NCBI GenBank assembly: GCA_045105195.1
Contig: JBGCDG010000040.1
Location: forward strand, 9,930-73,929
DNA length: 64,000 bases
DNA from: Roseobacter sp.
GTDB lineage: Bacteria; Pseudomonadota; Alphaproteobacteria; Rhodobacterales; Rhodobacteraceae
Direction: 5' to 3'
In this document: positions 41,542-49,334 of the stretch, one piece after another
How positions within the stretch are numbered: position 1 is the first letter of the stretch
How the letters are laid out: every line of letters begins with the position of its first letter
The notes under the pieces: model-generated
Told to the model about the DNA's origin: nothing
Database searches by the model: none
The model's input: only the letters and a program-made list of their open reading frames with translations
Position numbers and translations under genes: made by a program

Positions 41542-42327
41542 TTAAAGTGCTGTCCATCCACCATCGACGCTGATCGTGGTGCCGGTAATCTGCGCCGCCG
41601 CGTCAGAACACAGAAAAACAGTGGTGCCGCCCATTTGTTCAACTGTCGCGAATTCCTTTGAAGGCTGCCGCTCTAGGATTACCTTCTTTTTCACCTCTTC
41701 TTCCGTCATGTCATATTTCTTGGCGGTATCTGGAATCTGCGCCTCGACCAGCGGTGTCAGCACGTAGCCCGGACAAATAGCATTGGCCGTAATCGGTTCC
41801 TGGGCTGTTTCCAAAGCAACAGTTTTTGTCATGCCAACGATCCCGTGTTTAGCTGCGATATACGCAGCCTTGTAGGGCGAAGCGGTCAAGCCATGCGCCG
41901 ATGCGATATTGACCACCCGTCCCCAACCCGCCTGACGCATGACTGGCAGGGCCGCGGCAGTGGTGTGAAACGCAGAGCTCAGGTTGATTGCAATAATCGC
42001 ATCCCATTTCTCAACCGGAAACTCATCGATCGGTGCCACATGTTGAATACCGGCGTTGTTGATCAGAATATCGCAGCGCCCAGCTTTTTCAATCAAAGCC
42101 CGGCATTGATCGCCTTTGGACATGTCTGCTTGAATATACCGCGCGGTAACCCCCGTTTGCTTGGCGATATCTGCGGCAAGCGCGTGATCCTCATCGTTGT
42201 CCGTAAAAGAGTTCAACACCACGTCTGCCCCTGCCCGGGCGAGTTCCCATGCAATCCCCAGTCCGATTCCGGAATTTGATCCTGTGATGACGGCTGTTTT
42301 TCTTGAAAGCGAGATATCGTAACCCAT
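41542..42327 (-). CDS. bdhA: 3-hydroxybutyrate dehydrogenase (SDR)
   Basis: 261 aa with TGSNSGIGLGIA, NNAGIQHV and YxxxK (YIAAKHG). The overall similarity pattern is BdhA-like. Confidence 0.85.
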   Translation of the reverse strand: MGYDISLSRKTAVITGSNSGIGLGIAWELARAGADVVLNSFTDNDEDHALAADIAKQTGVTARYIQADMSKGDQCRALIEKAGRCDILINNAGIQHVAPIDEFPVEKWDAIIAINLSSAFHTTAAALPVMRQAGWGRVVNIASAHGLTASPYKAAYIAAKHGIVGMTKTVALETAQEPITANAICPGYVLTPLVEAQIPDTAKKYDMTEEEVKKKVILERQPSKEFATVEQMGGTTVFLCSDAAAQITGTTISVDGGWTAL

Positions 42328-42468
42328 GGTCGTATCCTTTACCTGTGCATGTCTTTTCCGTTGTGCCCATCATGCCGTGCTGCACGTGCGAAATAAACGG
42401 CAAAACGCATTGTCACACGCAGCAGGTTTTTCAAAAAAATGTCAGAAAACCCGCCCCGATCGATCGAC

Positions 42469-42497
42469 AAAAAAAACGCCTGCACAAGGCAGGCGTT
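42469..42497 (-). terminator. minus-strand Rho-independent terminator (9-bp GC-rich stem + U8)
   Basis: On the minus strand it reads AACGCCTGC-CTTGT-GCAGGCGTT followed by TTTTTTTT. It lies upstream of bdhA, not downstream of any annotated minus-strand gene. Confidence 0.6.
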
Positions 42498-42546
42498 AAG
42501 TTATTGAGGCAGGTTTCATACAGGCAAGAAACCTATCGAGCAGTGC
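42469..42546 (-). ncRNA. candidate ~80-nt trans-acting sRNA (unnamed)
   Basis: A sigma70-like promoter is present on the minus strand: TTGGAC (42579-42574), 16 nt, TTATAA (42557-42552). It is followed by hairpin AGGTTTC/GAAACCT (42511-42534), a single-stranded spacer and the terminator above. No credible ORF. Confidence 0.35.
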
Positions 42547-42658
42547 CCTCTTTATAAGCAATCCTTCGCGCCAGTCCAAGCTAAAAGTTTGATAAGGCGG
42601 AAAGTCCCCGATACTCTGAGCTGCAACAAAACAAGGGCAGCAGGGGAATCTTCCAAAA

Positions 42659-44476
42659 ATGGGTCGCGTTTTTTTCCAACGAATTTTGTCGATCACCGTG
42701 CTCTGCGGGGTGATTCTCGACCCCAATTCAGCCATGGCAGACCCGCAGCATGGGATATCTATGTATGGAGACCCCGCCCTTCCACCGGATTTTGTGTCCC
42801 GCCCCTATGTACGGTCAGATGCCCCCAAGGGCGGGGATATAACGCTCGGTAACACTGGAGGCTTTGACAGTCTTAACCCATACGTGCGTAAAGGCACTGT
42901 CCCCTGGCAATTGAGATTTTTTACCCATGAAGCGTTGATGGGACGCTCTTGGGACGAGCCTTTCACACTCTACGGTGTTTTAGCCGAATCGGTTGAGGTG
43001 CCAAAAGATCGCGCGTGGGTTGAATTTTTGCTGCGTCCGGAGGCTACTTTCTCGGACGGCAGCCCCGTGACGGTTGAGGATGTGATCTTTTCATACGAAC
43101 TGCTCGGCACCGAAGGACACCCGCGCTATCTCAGCCTGCACAAGCAGATCGACAGCATTACACAGACTGGTCCGCGCACCTTGCGCATCACCTTCAACAC
43201 TGAGAACCGCGAACTTGCGCTGCTGGCGGGGATGCGTCCAATCCTGAGCAAGGCGCAGTGGGAAGGACGTGACTTTGCCAATGCGCCGCTCGAAGAAATC
43301 CCACTTGGCTCAGGTCCTTATGTGGTCAGCGACTATGAAGCCGGACGCTTTGTGCACCTGTCGCGCAATCCGGACTATTGGGGCGCAGATCTGCCGTTCC
43401 GCCGTGGCACTCATAACCTCGATAGCATAAAACTGGATTTCTATGGCGATGCTTCAGTTCTGTTCGAAGCGTTCAAGGCGGGTGAAATTTCTGCATTGCG
43501 GGAATTCAACGCCGCGAAATGGGAAACCCAGTATGATTTCCCCGCCGTTATACGCGGCGATATGGTCAAATCCGAGATCGTGCACGGCAAACCTTCGGGC
43601 ATGACCGGCTTTGTGATGAACACACGCACGCCCCCGTTTGACGACTGGCGCGTGCGAGAGGCGATGATCCAGGCCTTTAACTTTGAATACATCAACGACA
43701 CGCTCACCGGCGGCGCGCAGCCGCGCATTCCTTCCTACTTTTCAAACTCGGACCTTGCTTTCACGTCCGGCCCGGCCACGGGTAAAGTTGCGGATTTGCT
43801 CGCGCCTTTTGCCAATGATCTGCTCCCCGGTACGATGGAGGGTTACAGCTTGCCGCAAACAGATGGCAGCCTGCGAAACCGACGTGGGATCAGGCAAGCG
43901 ATGGCGCTGTTACAAGAAGCAGGGTGGTCCGCACAGGACGGGGTGATGCGCAATGCTGCGGGCGAAGCATTGGCATTCACGATCCTTCTGTCGCAAGGCA
44001 GCAGTGAGAACAAAGCAATGGCGGACCTTTACGTCAGCGCTCTGACCCGCCTGGGCATCGACGTCACGGTAGAAGCAACGGACAGCGCGCAATATGTGCA
44101 GCGCATCAACGCCTTTGACTTTGACATGACCCCCTACCGCCGCGCCTTGTCGTTGTCGCCAGGCAATGAGCAGCGGTTCTACTGGGGCTCCGATTCTGCA
44201 GACCAAGAAGGGTCGCGCAATTTAATGGGCGTCGCTTCCCCAGCCGTGGATGCCATGATTGACGCAATGCTGACCGCAACGGCGCAGGAGGACTTTGTCG
44301 CCGCGGTACGTGCGCTGGACAGAATTCTGACCGCCGGGCGCTATGTGATCCCCTTCTGGCAATATACCACCGGCCGTATTGCGCATGATGCCAAAATGAA
44401 ATTCCCTGATCGGCTTCCGATCTATGGTGACGGGCCAAATTTTATGCCAGAGCTTTGGTGGTACGAGCCCTCCTGA
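42659..44476 (+). CDS. ABC transporter substrate-binding protein, family 5 (peptide/opine/microcin C YejA-like)
   Basis: 605 aa with a signal peptide and a full-length SBP_bac_5 pattern. No permease or ATPase genes are adjacent. Confidence 0.9.
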   Translation: MGRVFFQRILSITVLCGVILDPNSAMADPQHGISMYGDPALPPDFVSRPYVRSDAPKGGDITLGNTGGFDSLNPYVRKGTVPWQLRFFTHEALMGRSWDEPFTLYGVLAESVEVPKDRAWVEFLLRPEATFSDGSPVTVEDVIFSYELLGTEGHPRYLSLHKQIDSITQTGPRTLRITFNTENRELALLAGMRPILSKAQWEGRDFANAPLEEIPLGSGPYVVSDYEAGRFVHLSRNPDYWGADLPFRRGTHNLDSIKLDFYGDASVLFEAFKAGEISALREFNAAKWETQYDFPAVIRGDMVKSEIVHGKPSGMTGFVMNTRTPPFDDWRVREAMIQAFNFEYINDTLTGGAQPRIPSYFSNSDLAFTSGPATGKVADLLAPFANDLLPGTMEGYSLPQTDGSLRNRRGIRQAMALLQEAGWSAQDGVMRNAAGEALAFTILLSQGSSENKAMADLYVSALTRLGIDVTVEATDSAQYVQRINAFDFDMTPYRRALSLSPGNEQRFYWGSDSADQEGSRNLMGVASPAVDAMIDAMLTATAQEDFVAAVRALDRILTAGRYVIPFWQYTTGRIAHDAKMKFPDRLPIYGDGPNFMPELWWYEPS

Positions 44477-44482
44477 GGAAGT

Positions 44483-45139
44483 GTGACCATGGCGATGATC
44501 CGACAGATGAGCGCTGAAGCGCTTGGAACTGCGATGCTAATTGTCTCGGTGATCGGCAGTGGAATTATGGGCGAAACACTGGCGGACGGAAACACAGCCG
44601 TCGCTTTGCTGGCCAATGCGATTGCCACAGGCTGTATGCTCTATTGCATTATCACCGTTCTGGGTCCGATTTCCGGCGCGCATTTCAATCCAGCCGTTAC
44701 GCTCGCCTTTGCCCTGCGCGGCGAGATTGAGCTGCGCCACGCCATTGCCTATATGCCCGCCCAGATTGCAGGAGGTCTCATCGGCGTACTGATTACCCAT
44801 GCAATGTTTGATCTACCGCTTTTGCAGACCTCCAGCACGCTTCACCGCACCGGGTCCGCGCAATGGTTTTCCGAAGCCATAGCGACACTCGGGTTACTAT
44901 TCGTAATCTTCGGGGGCCTGCGTGCCCGCCCGGATGCTGTCCCGACCCTGGTCGCTCTCTATATAACGGGCGCCTACTGGTTCACGTCTTCGACAAGCTT
45001 TGCCAATCCGGCCGTCACCATCGCACGCGGGTTTTCCGATACGTTTGCCGGGATCTACCCCGGTCACATCCTGACGTTCATTGCAGCACAGATCATCGCA
45101 GTGCTCATCGCACATGTCGCATGGCGCAGGCTGTTCTGA
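44483..45139 (+). CDS. MIP/aquaporin family channel
   Basis: 218 aa with six TM helices and two NPA boxes (HFNPAVTLA, FANPAVTIA). GTG start. Confidence 0.9.
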   Translation: MTMAMIRQMSAEALGTAMLIVSVIGSGIMGETLADGNTAVALLANAIATGCMLYCIITVLGPISGAHFNPAVTLAFALRGEIELRHAIAYMPAQIAGGLIGVLITHAMFDLPLLQTSSTLHRTGSAQWFSEAIATLGLLFVIFGGLRARPDAVPTLVALYITGAYWFTSSTSFANPAVTIARGFSDTFAGIYPGHILTFIAAQIIAVLIAHVAWRRLF

Positions 45140-45144
45140 CGCAA

Positions 45145-45768
45145 TTATGCAAGAGACGTCACCCAGAGGACCATTGCATCTTCGGCACTGACCGAGATCA
45201 CATTGTGCCCCATCGTTCCATCGTAATAAGCGCTGTCCCCCCGACGCATCTCGATGGGCGCGTAAAACTCAGTATAGAGCTTGGCAACCCCAGTCAGCAC
45301 GTAGAGAAACTCTTCTCCGTCATGACGCACCCATCCGTCAAACTCTGACATGTCCCGCGCCCGGACCCGCGCGCGATAGGGCAACATCTGTTTTTTCGAC
45401 AGGGTGTCGGCGAGCAACTCATGTTCATACGTCGCCGTGGCCTGCGCAGACCCCTGCCCTGATTTTGTCACTGCCAGCCTGCCGTTGACCTTTTCGGCCT
45501 GGGGCGGCGTGAAAAGCTGCGGCACCGAAATATCGAGCCCTACAGCAAGTTTTTTCAAGGCGTCATAAGTCGGGGACATCTGCCCGTTTTCGATCTTGCT
45601 CAACGTAGAGCGCGCCAGCCCCGCCTGGGTTGCCGCCTGCTCCAGCGTCCAGTTGCGTGCCTTTCGTAAATCACGCACGCGTAGTCCTAGGTCAAGCGGT
45701 GCGGCGGCTTCATCCATGCCGTTTTCGCGGGCAATGCGGATCAGAGATTTCGGGTCAGTTTGTTGCAT
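45145..45768 (-). CDS. XRE-family transcriptional regulator with C-terminal cupin domain
   Basis: The HTH_3 domain (LRVRDLRKARNWTLEQAATQAGLARSTLSKIENG) is followed by a cupin_2 domain. ATG 45768 is preferred over the TTG at 45804. Confidence 0.85.
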   Translation of the reverse strand: MQQTDPKSLIRIARENGMDEAAAPLDLGLRVRDLRKARNWTLEQAATQAGLARSTLSKIENGQMSPTYDALKKLAVGLDISVPQLFTPPQAEKVNGRLAVTKSGQGSAQATATYEHELLADTLSKKQMLPYRARVRARDMSEFDGWVRHDGEEFLYVLTGVAKLYTEFYAPIEMRRGDSAYYDGTMGHNVISVSAEDAMVLWVTSLA

Positions 45769-45833
45769 GACCTGTGTTCTAAGTGCTCCGCTTGCGGCTT
45801 GCAACGTTCCTGCCCACAGGCTAGCACGCCCTC

Positions 45834-47342
45834 ATGGTATCGCTCTTTGACAAAGGCTCCTTTGCGCCCTGCCCTTCGCCCTTCAATATGGCGGCACATG
45901 TCCTGCGGGCTGGCGAGGCGACACCCCTGAAGACGGCCCTCAAACAGATCGGAACAACAGAGGAAATAGCATGGTCTTACGCTGACCTGCGCGCTGCCAT
46001 TCTGGGCACGGCGACGGGTCTTTTGCGTCAAGGGCTGCAACCGGGTGACATCATCCTGATGCGCCTTGGAAACACGGTCGACACGCCGATTGCCTATCTC
46101 GCCACGCTTGCGGCAGGATTGGTGCCCGTGCCCACGTCCTCCGCGCTGACCGAGCCGGAGACGGCGCATTTAATCCGAACCGTCAAACCTGCTTTGATGC
46201 TGCGCGCACCCGGTATTGCCTGCGCGCCGTTTGGCAAGACAGTGTGGCTGAATGCGCTGCAAGAATTCCGCACACTGCCGCCTGCACCGTTCCATCTGGG
46301 TGATCCAAACCGACTCGGATACATCATTTTTACGTCTGGAACAGCGGGACAACCCCGCGCTGTTGCCCATGCCCACCGCGCGATCTGGGCACGTCAAATG
46401 ATGTTTGAGAATTGGTATGGCTTGCAGCCTGATGACCGCGTGCTTCATGCAGGGGCGTTCAATTGGACATACACGATGGGTACTGGGCTGATGGATCCAT
46501 GGACGCGAGGGGCCACGGCGTTGATCCCTGCGCCTGGGGTCGATCCCGGTCATTTGCCCGCGTTGCTGAGAACGCAGCGCGCCACAATTTTTGCCGCTGC
46601 ACCCGGTATTTACCGTCAAATGATGGCACGGACACCAGCCTTTGATCTGCCGGAACTGCGACACGGTCTCAGCGCTGGCGAAAAACTCCCCGCCGACACT
46701 AGGTCACGCTGGCAGCAGACAACTGGGCGGCCTATTTTCGAGGCTTTTGGCATGTCTGAGTGCTCAACTTTCATCTCTCAGGCACCGGGTCAGAAGACCC
46801 CGCCGGGCTCTATCGGACGACCCCAATCCGGACGGCGGATCGCCCTTTTGCGCGACGGGCATCCCGTGGCTTTTGACGAAGAAGGCACCATCGCAATACA
46901 TCGTGATGATCCAGGATTGATGCTGGGATATTACCAGAAAGACCATCTAGATGTCCCCGTGACATCCGGCGATTGGTTTCTGACCGGGGATCAGGCCGCG
47001 ATGGCGGCAGATGGCAGCATTACGTATCTCGGTCGGCGTGATGACATGATGAATGCAGGCGGGTATCGGGTATCCCCTATCGAGGTTGAAACCGTGCTCA
47101 CCACGTGCCCCGGCGTTTCCGCGGTGGCCGTGACCTGCGTCGAAATCAAGCCCAACGTCGAGGTGATTGCCGCGTTCTACACCGGCCCTGCGCCCCTCGC
47201 CGAAAACGTCATCGATGCGTTTGTCAGTCAGCAACTCGCGGGGTATAAGCGGCCGCGACTATACAAGCACATGACTAAGTTGCCCCAGGGGGCCAATGGA
47301 AAAATTCTGCGTCGCACACTGCGGACGCAGTTTGAGAGGTAA
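45834..47342 (+). CDS. AMP-binding (adenylate-forming) acyl-CoA synthetase, substrate unknown
   Basis: Contains the FTSGTAGQPRAV core motif, GYY..D and a C-terminal GKILRR. An alternative start lies at 45888. Confidence 0.85.
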   Translation: MVSLFDKGSFAPCPSPFNMAAHVLRAGEATPLKTALKQIGTTEEIAWSYADLRAAILGTATGLLRQGLQPGDIILMRLGNTVDTPIAYLATLAAGLVPVPTSSALTEPETAHLIRTVKPALMLRAPGIACAPFGKTVWLNALQEFRTLPPAPFHLGDPNRLGYIIFTSGTAGQPRAVAHAHRAIWARQMMFENWYGLQPDDRVLHAGAFNWTYTMGTGLMDPWTRGATALIPAPGVDPGHLPALLRTQRATIFAAAPGIYRQMMARTPAFDLPELRHGLSAGEKLPADTRSRWQQTTGRPIFEAFGMSECSTFISQAPGQKTPPGSIGRPQSGRRIALLRDGHPVAFDEEGTIAIHRDDPGLMLGYYQKDHLDVPVTSGDWFLTGDQAAMAADGSITYLGRRDDMMNAGGYRVSPIEVETVLTTCPGVSAVAVTCVEIKPNVEVIAAFYTGPAPLAENVIDAFVSQQLAGYKRPRLYKHMTKLPQGANGKILRRTLRTQFER

Positions 47343-47344
47343 AA

Positions 47345-47986
47345 ATGACTGAAACGATCAAACTCGATATCCTGTCAGATCCCATATGCCCCTGGTGCTA
47401 TATCGGCAAAGCACATCTGGATCTCGTACTCGCAGAAACACCCGATCACCCTTTTTTGATCGAGTGGCATCCGTTCCAACTCAACCCCGACATGCCCGCT
47501 GAAGGTATGGACCGTCGCGCCTATCTCGAAGGCAAGTTCGGCGGCAAGGATGGGGCCGTCCGCGCCTATGCGCCTGTGGTCGAAAATGCACAAGCAGCCG
47601 AGCTCAAGATTAATTTCGAGGGTATGAAACGCACGCCGAATACACTCAACGCGCATCGCCTGATCCATTGGGCTGGTATTGAAGGGCGTCAGACCGCCGC
47701 TGTATCAGCCTTGTTTAAAGCTTATTTTGTTGACGTTCGCGATATCGGAGACCACGAGGTTCTCGCCGATCTGGCCGATGAAATTGAGATGGATGCAGCG
47801 GTTGTCAGCAAGTTACTCAAATCAGATGCCGATCGTAAAGAGATCCTGGAACGTGACCAGCACAGCCGGCAAATGGGTGTGAGTTCGGTGCCGACGTTCA
47901 TCGTGGGCGGAAAACATGCGGTGCCCGGTGCGCAGTCTCCAGAACTCTGGCGTAAAGTCATCAAGGACATAAAAGCGGCAGCATAG
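47345..47986 (+). CDS. DsbA-family oxidoreductase (FrnE / 2-hydroxychromene-2-carboxylate isomerase-like)
   Basis: 213 aa with a thioredoxin-fold CPWC active site (DPICPWCYIG). Confidence 0.85.
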   Translation: MTETIKLDILSDPICPWCYIGKAHLDLVLAETPDHPFLIEWHPFQLNPDMPAEGMDRRAYLEGKFGGKDGAVRAYAPVVENAQAAELKINFEGMKRTPNTLNAHRLIHWAGIEGRQTAAVSALFKAYFVDVRDIGDHEVLADLADEIEMDAAVVSKLLKSDADRKEILERDQHSRQMGVSSVPTFIVGGKHAVPGAQSPELWRKVIKDIKAAA

Positions 47987-48011
47987 GATTTCTTTTGCCT
48001 GCTTTCACAAA

Positions 48012-48026
48012 TTAACCGCAGGTTAA
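48012..48026. promoter_or_regulatory. CtrA-type box TTAA-N7-TTAA (aTTAAccgcaggTTAAc)
   Basis: A perfect consensus in the 125-nt spacer upstream of the MFS transporter gene. A chance match cannot be excluded. Confidence 0.4.
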
Positions 48027-48111
48027 CGTTGCACGCTCCTCAACTGTGGGTTATCCCTGACGCTAACTAGCGCCGATTTTTCACGCGCGTTAATTTGCTA
48101 GGGTTTCGAAT

Positions 48112-49332
48112 TTGACATCACCGGTAAGTGCGCTTCCGATGGGTCGGGCAGAGTTCATCGCCTTGATGGCGATGATGTTCGCAACGATTGCTTTTTCAAT
48201 CGACGCGATGCTCCCCGCACTGCCGGATATCGCAGTTCAACTGACACCTGACGAACCGACGCGGGCACCTTTGATCCTTACGTCTTTCGTCCTCGGCATG
48301 GGGATTGGCACCTTCCTCTCTGGACCATTGTCGGATGCCTTTGGGCGGCGGACAGTTATGTTCTGCGGCGCTGGCCTTTACATCGGTTCTGCCGCTCTTG
48401 CATGGATGAGCCAATCGCTGGAAGTCATGCTGGTTGCACGCGTCCTGCAGGGAATCGGCGCGTCAGGACCACGTGTCGTCTGCATTGCAATCATTCGAGA
48501 CCTGTTTGCTGGTCGTGAAATGGCGCGTATCCTGTCCATTGTTATGGTGATCTTTACCATTGTGCCCGCCTTCGCCCCTGCGATGGGAGTTGTCATTATT
48601 CACTTTGCTGGATGGCGCAGTATCTTTCTGGCGTTCATAGCATTTTCTTTGATCTCTGCGCTCTGGTTAGGTTTTCGCTTGCCTGAAACACTGCCAGTCG
48701 AAAATCGTCGCCCGCTGAAACTGCGGTTGATGTTGGACGCAGTGCGCCAAATGTTCGCCCATCCGGTCGTTCTACTTTCCATCATCGTACAGACGCTGGC
48801 CATGGCGATCCTTTTTTCTCTCCTCGTGCTGATCCAGCCGATCTATCAACACGTCTTCGACAAACTTAACAGCTTCCCATTCTGGTTTGGGGGCATTGCA
48901 CTTGCGTCGGCTCTGTCCAGCTTTCTCAATGCAATTCTAGTGGTGCGTTTTGGCATGCGGCGTCTGATAACCATTGCGCTGGGTTTGCAAATCATCCTGT
49001 CGGGAACGCTTCTCCTGTTTGCGCTGAATACCACGATGGTCCCCTTCGCATTATTCGCCGTCTGGCAGGGATTTGTCTTCTTTCAGGCCGGCCTCACAAT
49101 CGGGAATCTCAACGCAATCGCAATGGAACCCATGGGGCACATTGCAGGTATGGCGGCCAGTGTGATTGGTGCGTTCTCCACTGTGCTTGCGGCCGCTATC
49201 GCCTCACCTGTTGGACTTCTGTTTGACGGCACGATCCGTCCACTTGTCTGCACAGTGCTTGTTCTCGCGTCTATGGCATTTGTTCTTATGCTGCGCATGG
49301 GGCGGGTCGAAACGCGTATGCCAGCCGAGTAG
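48112..49332 (+). CDS. MFS transporter, Bcr/CflA drug-resistance subfamily
   Basis: 406 aa with 12 TM helices and the GPLSDAFGRR motif between TM2 and TM3. The start is TTG 48112 or ATG 48139. Confidence 0.85.
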   Translation: MTSPVSALPMGRAEFIALMAMMFATIAFSIDAMLPALPDIAVQLTPDEPTRAPLILTSFVLGMGIGTFLSGPLSDAFGRRTVMFCGAGLYIGSAALAWMSQSLEVMLVARVLQGIGASGPRVVCIAIIRDLFAGREMARILSIVMVIFTIVPAFAPAMGVVIIHFAGWRSIFLAFIAFSLISALWLGFRLPETLPVENRRPLKLRLMLDAVRQMFAHPVVLLSIIVQTLAMAILFSLLVLIQPIYQHVFDKLNSFPFWFGGIALASALSSFLNAILVVRFGMRRLITIALGLQIILSGTLLLFALNTTMVPFALFAVWQGFVFFQAGLTIGNLNAIAMEPMGHIAGMAASVIGAFSTVLAAAIASPVGLLFDGTIRPLVCTVLVLASMAFVLMLRMGRVETRMPAE

Positions 49333-49334
49333 AC

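Noticed and set aside
42496-42735. 79-aa minus-strand ORF spanning the bdhA/SBP spacer and the start of the SBP gene.
   Set aside because: Its composition is implausible (CCPC, FPPY), it has no SD, and it overlaps the SBP signal-peptide codons. The region is better explained by the promoter/hairpin/terminator sRNA model.
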